In this document: one piece after another, positions 1 to 10,733 of the stretch
Layout of the letters: each line of letters begins with the position of its first letter
How positions within the stretch are numbered: position 1 is the first letter of the stretch
NCBI RefSeq assembly: GCF_000372725.1
Contig: NW_005201327.1
Coordinates: 139,022 to 181,292, forward strand
Reading direction: 5' to 3'
Length of the DNA stretch: 42,271 nt
Origin: Emiliania huxleyi CCMP1516
Lineage: Eukaryota
Translations under genes and position numbers: made by a program
The notes under the pieces: model-generated
Database searches by the model: none
What the model was told of the DNA's origin: nothing
What the model saw: only the letters and a program-made list of their open reading frames with translations

Positions 1-170
1 GCTCGCCTTTCCCGAGGCCCCTCCCCGAAAGGCAAGCATTAGACCCATGAAACCGAGACCCCTCCCCACCGCCCCGATCCCCCCACCCCCTTGCTCCCCT
101 CCCCCCCCTCGGGAGGGCCGAACTGAGGCGCCCGTGGGGACCCCACAATTCCCTTCCCCCCTCGGAGGGG

Positions 171-555
171 GCCGGACGGAGGCGTACCCCGAGGGCCCCA
201 CTCTTTCCTTCGCATAGCGGCCACTCTTCGGATCGCTGGTCGAACGACCCGGGGGATGCCCCGCGCGCCTGACCCAGGCGCGAAAAACGAATCTGCGAGG
301 CGTGGCCGCTCACGCGGCCCGATGGGGAGGCTTGGGGAGGAACGGGGCGAGCCCCCTCCAACCCACCCGCGCTAGGTCTCGGGGGACGCAGGGGTCACTC
401 CCGCGCGACCTCGGGAACTAGCCGGGGCAGTCGGAGAAGGGGCAACTCCGTGCACTGACGGTCGGCCGTCAGAAAACACGCCTCCGTGGCTCGGGTTACA
501 CCAATCCTCGCTACCCAACGCGGCCAAAGGATATCCACCTCGAGAACCTCGAGAG
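171..555 (-). repeat. Hairpin-rich ~385-bp dispersed element, copy 1 (reverse complement of 32289-32687)
   Basis: 410-555 is the exact reverse complement of 32289-32434. The remainder aligns in conserved blocks, with differences concentrated in stem-loop interiors. Confidence 0.9.
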
Positions 556-599
556 AGACACCCTCCCCACTCGCCACTCCTCACGTGTGCACAAACCCT

Positions 600-660
600 C
601 ACCCTCTCCTCTCTCCTCTCTCCTCTCTCTCTCTCTCCTCTCTCTATCTCTCCTCTCCTT
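600..660. repeat. CT-rich low-complexity/microsatellite tract
   Basis: Imperfect (CT)n seen directly. Confidence 0.85.
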
Positions 661-946
661 GTCTGTGCTGTCTGCCTGACTCGGGCACTCAATCTGATGC
701 GTGATTGTTTGTGGGCTGCTCCGAGGGGGCCCTGTGCGATCCGACGGGTAGGGGGTCTGTGCCCGGGCGGTGTCCGGTGTGGAGTCTCTCTCTGATCCCA
801 CCTGTGATGTTGGGTGTGAGGTTGTGGCGGCTTCGATCCCAAGGGGGGGAGCTGATCCCACTCGTGACCAACTCTCAGGGGCAGTAGGTGGGCGAGCTTC
901 AAGCGCGCTCATCTCGATCGACAAGGCGTCGCTACGCGCGGTTTTT

Positions 947-1015
<69 letters not shown>
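947..1015. repeat. (CAG)23 microsatellite
   Basis: Perfect trinucleotide run seen directly. Confidence 0.95.
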
Positions 1016-1017
<2 letters not shown>

Positions 1018-2069
1018 CGGGATGAAGCGGCCCTTTGAATCAGCGGCAGACTCGCGCTTCGACAGCGCGCGGCGGGCGGTGCAGCAGGCGCACGAGGCTG
1101 CCCGCGAGACTGCGGCCGCACCACGACAGCCCACGAGATGGGTGACCACGGTCGACCTCACCGATTCGCCGCCCCGAGACTCGCCGCCCCGGCCCTCGCC
1201 TCCACGGCAGCCTCCGCGGCAGCAGCCGTCGCCACAGCAGCGGCCGTCGCCACAGCAGCAGCCGTCGCCACAGCCGCCGCAGTCGCCACAGCAGCTCCCG
1301 CCGCAGCAGCAGCAGCCGTCGCCCCACCCTCACGACCCGCAAGCGGTGGTCAACGGTGGGGGCGCCAGACGTGCGCCCGAGATATGGGGAGGTGTGGGCA
1401 GACCTGCGCCCGAGAGCGCCGCCGCTGCCGAGAGCCCGGCCGCTGCTGAGGGGCCCGCGGCGCCGGAGCCGGAGCCGTGGAGTGGGATCATGAGGGTCGA
1501 CGGGCGGGTGTACCGACGCAACGTTGCGCACTTTGCCGCGGTTCGCGCTTGCAACACTTGCCTCTCCTCCCCTTCCCACCACCCCACCCCACCCCACACC
1601 CCAAGGCCCACTCCAGACATGACTGTGACGTCCTCCTCGCCCTGCCGCACCATCCAACCCCCCCCCCCCCAAAAAAAACTCCGCCCCTCACCCCGCCGGC
1701 GGGTGTATACACCAGGCAAAGTTCATCCAGAGCGAGCAGCGCAAAGAGAGCGGCAGCAGCTCGGCCGCCGCGACAGACTCACGGTGGCAGACTCACGGTG
1801 GCCGACCACTGCCGCCACACCAGACACTGCATGGGCGTGACTGGTGAGAGACTCAGATGGGAGCTGGGCCGCGCGACACAGTGATCTTGATGTGATGTCC
1901 TGTGCCCTCCCGCCGTTCTTTCTCCCGGGAGTTGTACCATCGTTTATTTGACCTGGGGGAGAGCGCAGCGCACTACACGTGGGTACTAAGTAATTAGGGA
2001 GGACCATAGTCAGACCAACGCCACAAGGTTCATCGGCGCACAGCGCACAGCGCTCAAGAAGATTTCATC

Positions 2070-3797
2070 ATGACCCTGGATCCACCGCAACAATCCCTTG
2101 TCCCGAACCCGCTCGCGAGCATGTTGTCCGCCGTATGTAAGCGCGCCCGCACCGCCGGCGAGGACGGCGACTCGGACGGGGCTGGGGCGGTCGCGGATGG
2201 CTTCGAGGCGCCCCTCTTTGGCGCGCGCGTCGTCGGCCAGGTCATCACGCTGCCGCTCGAGGGCGAGGACGGCCCTCTGGCAGCGCTCGTCGTGAAAGGC
2301 GTCGTGAGCGATCACGCAGACGCCTGGTACGTCACCACTGGTGACTCAGTGCTGCACGTCTCTGCGGCCGGCCGCGTGCGCCGCGTGGCAACCCTGGAAG
2401 GCGCCGGCCTCCGTGGCATCGCCATTAGCCCGGACGGCAGCGCTCTGTTTGTGGCGGACTGGGGCGGCAACAAGATCCTACAGGTGGAGGCTGCGGCTGG
2501 CGCGGTGACCACGCTCGCGGGCAGTGGCACTCGCGGCAGCGCGGACGGCGTGGGTGGCGCGGCGCAGTTCTGCGGCCCACACGGCGTCGTCATCAGCCCT
2601 GACGGAAGCGCGCTGTTTGTGACAGACTTTGGCGGCCACAAGATCCGGCGGGTGGAGGTGGCGACTGGAGCGGTGACCGCGCTTGCGGGCAGCGGCACCA
2701 TGGGCAGCACTGATGGCGTGGGCGGCGCGGCGCAGTTCTACTACCCATGCGGCGTCGCCATCAGCCCAGGTGGCAGCGCGCTGTTTGTTGCGGACCAAGG
2801 CAACCACAAGATCCGGCGGGTGGAGGTGGCGACGGGCGCTGCGACGACGGTGGCGGGCAGCGGCACCGTGGGCAGCGCTGACGGCATGGGCGGCGCGGCG
2901 CAGCTCTTCTACCCAAGCGGCCTTGCCCTCAGCCCGGACGGCAGCGCGCTGTTTGTTGCTGAAGAAGGCAACCGCAAGATCCGGCGGGTCGAGGTGGCGA
3001 CGGGCGCGGTGACGACGGTCGCGGGCAGCGGCACCGCGGGCAGTGCCGACGGCGTGGGTGGCACGGCGCAGTTCCACAACCCATGCGGCGTCGCCATCAG
3101 CACCGATGGCAGCGCTCTTCTGGTTTGCTCGGGGCGCTCCCTCCGCCAGGTCTGCGTGTCGGCGCCTCCTCCGCCTCCCACCTTCGCGCCGATTGTGGTG
3201 CCGCCCTCGACCCTCGCGGCAGACCTCGGAAAGATGTGGGGCGACGCCACTCTCCCAGAGGGCAAGGTCACCTTCATCGTCGGCGATGACGAGGAGCGCC
3301 TCGAGAAGGTGAGCAAGAACCTGCTCTGCATTCGGTCCGTGTTCTTTCGGACCATGTTCGGCATCGGCATGAAGGAGCGCGACGCCGACGAGGTCACGGT
3401 GCCCAACACGGACCTCGCCACCTTCACCGCCCTCATCCGCTACCTCTGCACCGACCAGCTCGACCTCGGCGAGGAGGAGGGCGAGCAGGCGCGGCGCGCG
3501 TTCGACCTGCGGGAGCTGGCGCAGATGTACCAGGTGCCGCGCCTCGAGCTGCTCTGCGCGCAGGCGCTGCAGGAGAGCGTCGGGCCGGCGAGCGCCGTGC
3601 CGCTGCTCGAGGCGGCGCACACGACGGGCGACGGGCGGCTCCTCGCGCAGTGCCGCCGCTACGTGGCCGACAACGCTGCCGAGGTGCGCGCGAGCGGCGG
3701 CGTGGAGCAGCTGCGCGACCTGGGCGTGGCCAAGGGGCTGCTCGGCGACGCGCTCGACCAGGTGGCGGAGCTCAAGGGGAACCGCACGCAGGGCTGA
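2070..3797 (+). CDS. NHL-repeat beta-propeller protein with C-terminal BTB/POZ(-BACK-like) domain, intronless
   Basis: Repeated motif P.GVAISPDGSALFVAD.GNHKIRRVEVATGAVTT.AGSG is NHL-like. The C-terminus VTFIVG...KNLLCIRSVFFRTMF...MKE...FTALIRYLCTD...LAQMYQVPRLELLC is BTB/POZ-like. Start may be ATG 2121. Confidence 0.88.
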   Translation: MTLDPPQQSLVPNPLASMLSAVCKRARTAGEDGDSDGAGAVADGFEAPLFGARVVGQVITLPLEGEDGPLAALVVKGVVSDHADAWYVTTGDSVLHVSAAGRVRRVATLEGAGLRGIAISPDGSALFVADWGGNKILQVEAAAGAVTTLAGSGTRGSADGVGGAAQFCGPHGVVISPDGSALFVTDFGGHKIRRVEVATGAVTALAGSGTMGSTDGVGGAAQFYYPCGVAISPGGSALFVADQGNHKIRRVEVATGAATTVAGSGTVGSADGMGGAAQLFYPSGLALSPDGSALFVAEEGNRKIRRVEVATGAVTTVAGSGTAGSADGVGGTAQFHNPCGVAISTDGSALLVCSGRSLRQVCVSAPPPPPTFAPIVVPPSTLAADLGKMWGDATLPEGKVTFIVGDDEERLEKVSKNLLCIRSVFFRTMFGIGMKERDADEVTVPNTDLATFTALIRYLCTDQLDLGEEEGEQARRAFDLRELAQMYQVPRLELLCAQALQESVGPASAVPLLEAAHTTGDGRLLAQCRRYVADNAAEVRASGGVEQLRDLGVAKGLLGDALDQVAELKGNRTQG

Positions 3798-4080
3798 GGT
3801 GCGGTTTTCACATTCTTTGTGGCCGACCGCAGCGGCGCGCGAAGCCCAGACGCCAGAGAGCGCCGCGTAGAGCGCCGTAGGTGGCGCCCGTCGGGGTGCG
3901 CCGCGGGCGAGACGACATTGTTTTGTTTACAGTTGCATGTGCGGGCGTGGATTGGTGTGAGGCTTACTACGTGCGTACGACTACGAGTGTCGAGTGACAG
4001 GAGTGACTCGCGTCGGCACGCAACACGATCCCCCAGCGCCACGCGCTGGCGCATCACGGCACACGCGACACGGCACGGGT

Positions 4081-4871
4081 GACTAGGTCCAGCCCTGGGT
4101 GGCGCAGATCTGACGTTTGACATCGTCAGATCCGTGTTTTTCTCGTTGTTTTGTCGCTCGCTCCGCTCGCCACCTCACGCTCCGTAGTCCGGCCATGGCC
4201 AGTACCCCGCGTCTCAGTGAGACGCGGGGTACCATCCAACTCCGGTCGACGGGCTCGAATGACGAATGCGCTCAGCCTCAGGAGGGACAAAACCACGCGA
4301 ATTCTGCACGCCTCGCTGCACCGCTGGCTTGACTGAATCAGGCAGCAGCAGGCTGCTGCTGCTGCCACAGCAGCAGTCTGCTGCGGCCCTAATACGCAAG
4401 TTGATGACTAGCAGCACTGCCGGGGGCATACGAGCCGCCACAGCCGGTGTGCGGCCGTGCACTGCCACCTGCCCGCGGCTACGCACAATGTGCGCTCGCA
4501 TTGGATGAGCCCTGCTGATGGACCTGCATCGCCTAGCTGCACGAGAGCAATGCCGCAGGCAGTGGCCGTGGCATACACTGCGAGCACACTTGGTGCAGCT
4601 GCGAGGTGCAGCAAGAGCACGTCGTTCCTGCCTCTGATGCCACTCTCGCGGCTTGCAGCGCGTCACTCGCGCATGCTCTCCAGGAGCTATGGCGGGCGCG
4701 TGTGTGGGGCTGTAGCCTGTGTTTGGCCGGTTCTGACCCGTTTACTATCAGTATCATGTCCGGGCCACAAAAATTCGCACACGGGTAGCGGCTCAGGGGC
4801 CCAGTGTAAGTCGCGGAATCGCCAAATCCCCCAAATGTCACAACCTGCGCCACCCAGGGCTGGACCTAGTC
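4081..4871. mobile_element. Non-autonomous TIR DNA transposon (MITE-like), 791 bp
   Basis: Perfect 27-bp inverted repeats at 4081-4107 and 4845-4871 (GACTAGGTCCAGCCCTGGGTGGCGCAG), with GGGT directly flanking both ends. No transposase ORF inside. Confidence 0.8.
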
Positions 4872-4888
4872 GGGTCGGGCCCATTCTT

Positions 4889-5578
4889 TCATGCGCACGG
4901 CGATGCCTCCGGCTGTTTGCGGCATGCGGCTTGCTGCTCGCTGCGATGGCGAAAAACTCGTCTCGTCACACACCAAGGGCTTACTTTATGCTCTGGCGAG
5001 ACTGCCAGGCTACTCCAACGCACGTCGCGCAACACAATGGTGTCCAGGTCGAGAATGAGCACCTTCTGCCGGTCGCGTAGCATATAGGGCAGCGCGGCCT
5101 TGAGGATATGGCTGCGCAACGCGTCATCGCGGCTCTCGGGCCTCACGGTGATGTTGAGTGCTTGGGCCCACAGGGTCGCATTCCTCAGCTCCAGGAGAGG
5201 AAATCGCGCGAGCTGCGCCTGCCAAGTCGAGCAGAGCGGCTCGACGTACGCCACCACGGCTGGAAGCTCCGGCGAGGCTAGCCTCAGCGACTGGATAGAT
5301 GCGATGAGCTTCTCGAAGAGGTGGCAGCTGGGGCCGACCAAGAGGTACCCTACTGCTGCAGCGGACCCGAGGGCGCTGCCAGAGCGGGCGGCCTTCAGCT
5401 CGGAGAAGCGGGCAATTTCAGGGCAGAGGGTCGCTGCCGGGGAGGTGGCGAGGTGCAACATGGTGCACAGGCGAGCAACAGTCGGGGCGACTCCGGGCAG
5501 CGCACTGCAGGCGAACGCAAAAACATCAAGCAATTCCGCCTTCAGCGTTACGACGTGTCGACGGATATCCAAGTTCAC
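4889..5578 (-). CDS. Possible glycosyltransferase (GT8-like DxD) fragment
   Basis: LPYMLRDRQKVLILDLDTIVLRDV resembles the GT-A/GT8 DxD strand. The ORF loses similarity and ends next to the TIR element, so it is probably partial. Confidence 0.45.
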   Translation of the reverse strand: MNLDIRRHVVTLKAELLDVFAFACSALPGVAPTVARLCTMLHLATSPAATLCPEIARFSELKAARSGSALGSAAAVGYLLVGPSCHLFEKLIASIQSLRLASPELPAVVAYVEPLCSTWQAQLARFPLLELRNATLWAQALNITVRPESRDDALRSHILKAALPYMLRDRQKVLILDLDTIVLRDVRWSSLAVSPEHKVSPWCVTRRVFRHRSEQQAACRKQPEASPCA

Positions 5579-6393
5579 TTGAGCACTTGAGCACTGGATG
5601 GATAGGGTCGATTCCGCATGGTGCGGGACCCCTCATATATTATAGCGGTGTCGTGCGCTATCCGCCACTTGCCGCGAAAACCGTCACTTTCCCGTCACTT
5701 CGGGCCAAAAACAGTCACTTGGTTGGCCGGGAAGTTTCGCATTGACGGACGGTCCTCGTGGGTGGAACGCAGCGCGTGATGACCCAGTCCGGTGACTCAA
5801 AGCTGCCTGTATATGGTGGTGGCGAGCGTTAACACCACCGGCGCCGGCTCTCACGCGAGCTCCACGGCTAGCCCGTCGCCACGCCGGTGCGCCCGTAGCG
5901 GTCGTCGCGACTGTCAAGCCCTGTGTCGGGTCGGCACCCGCGCCTCAATCACCAATGACGCCAAGACTCCGCCGGTTGAGTCAAAGAAACGACCGGCACC
6001 GGCGAGCGATTCCAGCATCGGGGACGGCCAGCCCGAGCCGCGCAAGGCGGCTCGCACGCTTTTTCCAGCGGAGTTGCCGTAGCTGATTGTCGTCACTGTG
6101 AGAGCTCGCGCCTCACAGCTCCCATCGCGCCTCACCAGCCAGGACTTCGTCTTCGAGCTTCGAGGCGGCCAAGACCAAGATCGCTGAGCAGGCCGCCGTC
6201 ATCGCCGGCAAGGCTACCACCATCGCCGACTTGGAGTCGTCACTTTCTCTCGAGGCTGGCATGCACCAGGTGGCGGCGGGCAAGGTTGCAGGTCTCGAGG
6301 CGCAGATCGGCGCGTGTACGAGGGCTGTGTTAGCGCCAGTGTGCGCGCCAGTCCCGTGCCCACAGTTGTGCGAGGGAGTTCGGTTCTAAAATT

Positions 6394-7264
6394 CTGAGGG
6401 AGGGTGTAGAGGATGTAGAGTGTAGAGCACTGTAGAGCTGTAGAGATGTAGAGCGCTGTAGAGCTGTAGAGCTCTACATCCGCCGCGTGACGAGGCGCCT
6501 GCGTTGTAGAGCGATGTAGAGGCGCTCTACAACGTGAAATCTCTACAACAAACTCTACATCATAAGCGGCGAACGAGGCACGGTCGCTCTCCGACATGAG
6601 GCGCGTTGCACTTGCCAGTGCTGCCCTGGCCTTCTGTCTGCCCGCCCAATGGGTGGCAGATGCCTCTGCTGCTGTGGCATGCCTCACGGCTGCGACTGGC
6701 CGGCGCCTCGGCGCGTCAGCTCGGCTCGGCGTAGCGATCGTGGCCAGCGCAACTCGCCTGGACTCAACGCTCAGCCAGGAGCTCCCGCACGCGCTGGCGC
6801 GAGTCATGGCGCAGATAAGGCGTCTGAATGCTCGCCTCGCCTCGCGCAAATGCGACCGTCCTCGCAGCCGACAGTCCACCGCCTGCTAAAGAAGCACAGC
6901 GACGAATGCGGCACCGGCGACACATGGCAGGCTGGTCATGACGCAGTTATAGGGTGTTGTGTGCCGTCAGAGGGACTCTCTGTGTGTCAGGGATAGTCAG
7001 GGCTGTCCATCAGAGCTTCACTAAGCTCGGTAAAACCCCATTAGCGCGGCTCGACCTCTTTGAGTCACTGCCTTCCCGGCGGTTTGGCTGTAGAGCCTCT
7101 ACAACAAACTCTACAACAAAATCGCGCTCTACATCGCTCTACAACGCAGGCGCCTCGTCACGCGGCGGATGTAGAGCTCTACAGCTCTACAGCGCTCCAG
7201 AGCGCTCTACATCTCTACAGCTCTACAGCGCTCTACACTCTACATCCTCTACATCCTCCCTCAG
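6394..7264. mobile_element. Non-autonomous foldback/MITE-like element with ~130-bp TIRs built of TGTAGAG subrepeats and an 8-bp TSD
   Basis: CTGAGGGAGG(G/A)TGTAGAGGATGTAGAG... at 6394 is inverted at 7264. CTAAAATT is duplicated at 6386-6393 and 7265-7272. Confidence 0.88.
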
Positions 7265-7552
7265 CTAAAATTCTTTTCTTCGCACAACACTGCGTATCTC
7301 AGCAGGGCGGGGACCTGTTCCTTTTTACCCATCTCCTAGTAGAGGTGTCCGTTTTATTTATTTATTTATTGCGTATCTCAGTCGTTCTTCACACGGCAAT
7401 CGCAGAGCAGGTTGTGAATGAGCTTGCCTGTGGCGGGGGTGGGCGGGTGCACGGAGCTAAGTGCCTCGCCACTCTCGCAGGAGTCGCTTAGGCGGCTCCC
7501 GTGGTGTACCTGTGTTAGCGCCAGTGCGCGCCAGTCCCGTGCCCAGTGTTGT

Positions 7553-7668
<116 letters not shown>

Positions 7669-8131
7669 TTGTGCGAGCGAGTGTTTCTAAATTTTTGCCT
7701 GTAAAATTCTATCTTCGCATTAAGATTCTCTTCTTCGAGCCAACCAGCCGCCGTAGTTGCACCCGTCCCAGTGCGTGCCGCTGAGGTGCTCGAAGAGCGA
7801 CAGCGTGCGCGGCACTCGCGCTTCGCCGATGTCGCACGGGACGCATCCCGGTAGCCTCGTGCGGTGGTAGATGCACACCGAGTTAGGGCCCACGCCGACG
7901 CAGCGCGTGGCGAGGGTGATGGCGCCCTTGGGGTGGTTTAGGTAGCCCTGCGCCTCGTGGAGCCACGCCTTGTCGTTCAGCTCGACGGCCTTGTGACGAC
8001 AAATTCTTTTCTTTCCATTTGTAGTGCCAGTCCGAGCCAGTCTGCTGTGAGAGGGGCTTGTATGGTAAAATTCTTTTCTTCGAGCCAGAAGCTGGCCGCG
8101 CGACGAGCACACAGAAGAAGTCGAGTGAGGG

Positions 8132-10366
8132 ATGAAGGAGGCCGAGGAGACAGGCCAGGACAGTGCCAATGTGCGGGCGCGCTTTCAACAGTTCCGCGAG
8201 GAGACGGGGCGGCTGCCCGAGGCGGGTGCTGAGGAAACGGGCGGAGATGTGTCATCGGCGGTGGCAGCCGAGATGGCTCGCCAGTGCAGCCGCGTGGACA
8301 TGGGCCCGGCCTCACCAGACCGGGTCCCGGACAGGATTGTGGACGCGGCAGGGGAGGGCAACGAGGCGGTGGTGCTGGCGTGGATGGACGCCGCCGGCGG
8401 GCAGGTCGACGCGACGTTCGAGTCGGGCGATACTGGCGGATTCACCCTGCTGATGTACGCTGTCGCCAACGGGCAGGAGAAGCTTGTCGACTTGCTGCTG
8501 GGACGCGGCGCCAAGGTCAACCAGCAGGCCAGCAACGGCATGACCGCGCTGATGCACGCCGTCCTGAGCAATCGGCCGCCGATCGTGCGCCGCCTGCTCG
8601 GGCTGGGAGCGGACCTGAAGGCGCGCGCCGCAAACGGCAAGACCGCGCTGCAGTTTGCCAAGGAGAAGGGCTTCGATGGGTGCGTCGCCGCCTTTCGCCA
8701 GCACATCGAGAGGGTGACGTCGAATTTGCGCGAGCGCGGGAGCGGTGGGGTCAGCGAGGGTGGCAGCAAGGAGGCGGCCACCGAGGGCGCCGCCGACACT
8801 GGCGAGGATGGCAACTGCGAGGTTCCCTTGGAGATCCTGCTTGCGGCGGGCGGGCGCGGTGAGCCCACAAGCATGGCAAACGTGCTCGAATGGGTTGACA
8901 GGGAAGAAGGGCGGGCCAACGCGACCTTCGATGCGTCGGCGTTCCTCGCGATCGCCTCGAAGAGGTGCGGCCCTGGCAGCGCCGCCCCTCAAGGCAGTGC
9001 TGTGAGGGGCTGCACGCTGCTGACGGCCGCTGCCCGCAGCAACAACGTGCACCTGGCAGAGGCGCTGCTAGACCGCGGCGCGGAGATTAACAAGCGGGAC
9101 AGCAGCTGCATGTCGGCGCTGATGCACGCCGTTGCCCACGGTCAGGAGGACATGGTCAAGTTGCTGCTGAAGCGGGAGGCGGAGGTCGACCCGCAGGACA
9201 GGAAGGGCATGACGCCGCTGCTTGACGCCGTCACCCGGGGCGAGGAGAGGCTTGCCGAGGCACTGCTTCGGGCGGGCGCGGAGGCTGACCAACGGGACGG
9301 CACGGGAAACACCGCGCTGACGGTAGCCGTGCTCAATAACCACCGCGGCGTCCTGCGCTGTCTGCTGAAGCACGGTGCAGATATGAAGCTGTGCGCCACG
9401 GACGGCATCACGCTGCTGAAGCTGGCCGAGAGGATGGGCCACGATGAGTGCGCACAGGCGTTGCGGACGACGGTCCCCAAGGAGATTGCCATGGCGGCGG
9501 ACCGAGGCGACGACCAAACGGTGCAGACGTGGCTGGAGATCGCCGGCGGTCAGGTCAACGCGACGTACGAGGACGGCGACGTGAGCGGCTTGACCCTCCT
9601 GATGACTGCGGCCAGCAGCGGCTGGCCGCTCCTTGTCGACATGCTGCTGCGACGCGGTGCGAAGGTGGGCGCGCGGAGCAGCAACGGCTGGACCGCTCTG
9701 ATGCACGCCGCCCTTAGCGGCCACGAGCGAGTGGTCCACAGGCTGTTGCTGGCCGGCTCGAAGGACGGCGAGACGGCGATTCAGCTCGCCAAGGAGTCGG
9801 GTCACGCTGCGTGCGTGCGCGTCTTCGAGGCGCATGTGGCGGCGCATGCGGCGGCGCATGTGGCGGAGGAGGCGGCGAGGGCTGCGGAGGCGCGAGGGGA
9901 GGCGCTGCTCGCGGAGATCGAGGCGGAGGAGGCGAAGGCGCGCGCCAAGAAGGGCAAGAAGAAGAAGAAGAAGAGCAAGGGTGTCGTCGGCAGCAGCGAT
10001 GCGGTGCCATCACAGGAGCCCCACGCGCTGGCAGATGAGGCGGGGGAGGCAGAGATGGAGGCCCCGGCGGTGGAACCGCTGCAGCACGCGGCGGCCGCCC
10101 TCACGGAGCTGGTAGACGAGGCTGCTCCGCCATCCACTCGACCCTCGGACATCCCCGAGGCCTTCCTCTGCCCGATCACCTTCGCGCTGATGGACGATCC
10201 GGTCGTGATGATGGACGGGATGACGTACGAGCGCCGCGCCATCGAGAGGTGGTTGAGCAAAGGCCACACGACCTCGCCGCTCACTGGTGCGGAGCTCCAG
10301 TCGACCGTGCTCATCCCAAACAACCTCGTGCGCAGCCAGATCCGGGAGTATCGGGCGCAGCAATAA
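8132..10366 (+). CDS. Ankyrin-repeat protein with C-terminal U-box (putative E3 ubiquitin ligase), intronless
   Basis: Multiple G.TALM.A...G...V.LLL.RGA ankyrin motifs. PEAFLCPITFALMDDPVVMMDGMTYERRAIERWL...TSPLTG..L....LIPN is a canonical U-box. Lys-rich stretch precedes it. Confidence 0.92.
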   Translation: MKEAEETGQDSANVRARFQQFREETGRLPEAGAEETGGDVSSAVAAEMARQCSRVDMGPASPDRVPDRIVDAAGEGNEAVVLAWMDAAGGQVDATFESGDTGGFTLLMYAVANGQEKLVDLLLGRGAKVNQQASNGMTALMHAVLSNRPPIVRRLLGLGADLKARAANGKTALQFAKEKGFDGCVAAFRQHIERVTSNLRERGSGGVSEGGSKEAATEGAADTGEDGNCEVPLEILLAAGGRGEPTSMANVLEWVDREEGRANATFDASAFLAIASKRCGPGSAAPQGSAVRGCTLLTAAARSNNVHLAEALLDRGAEINKRDSSCMSALMHAVAHGQEDMVKLLLKREAEVDPQDRKGMTPLLDAVTRGEERLAEALLRAGAEADQRDGTGNTALTVAVLNNHRGVLRCLLKHGADMKLCATDGITLLKLAERMGHDECAQALRTTVPKEIAMAADRGDDQTVQTWLEIAGGQVNATYEDGDVSGLTLLMTAASSGWPLLVDMLLRRGAKVGARSSNGWTALMHAALSGHERVVHRLLLAGSKDGETAIQLAKESGHAACVRVFEAHVAAHAAAHVAEEAARAAEARGEALLAEIEAEEAKARAKKGKKKKKKSKGVVGSSDAVPSQEPHALADEAGEAEMEAPAVEPLQHAAAALTELVDEAAPPSTRPSDIPEAFLCPITFALMDDPVVMMDGMTYERRAIERWLSKGHTTSPLTGAELQSTVLIPNNLVRSQIREYRAQQ

Positions 10367-10733
10367 TGTGACTGCTAATACAATGCGGCTCCCTATTTTC
10401 TCTCCATGTGCCCTCGTGGCAGTGCACGAGTCGAGTGCGCGAGTAGCCCCGGGTGAAGACCCCCCTCCTCCCCTGCGGGGCCAGCCTGCGGCACCAGTGA
10501 CCAACGACGAACGTCGAGCTGCAGCGGCGGCAGCGAGGCGGTGCTGCGGGCGGTGCCGCGGCGGAGGTGGCAGCAGGCACGTGTGTTGAAGTAACAATTA
10601 CTGAATTCCTTTTACCTGAGTCCCGCGTACGTGGTTAAACACGACAGCCCAAACCAATAGAGGTACCGTACGATAATGAGATACACAGGGCTGCCACGCA
10701 GCAAGCGCCCTGCCCGCTCCCCCTCTGGCTTCC

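Noticed and set aside
171..555. Hammerhead, HDV-like ribozyme or group I/II intron
   Set aside because: I could not assemble the catalytic cores (CUGANGA+GAAA, nested double pseudoknot, P7 or domain V) from either strand by eye.
770..1840. 356-aa polyQ/Pro-rich ORF
   Set aside because: Largely microsatellite and low complexity with no domain. It may be coding, but this cannot be supported.
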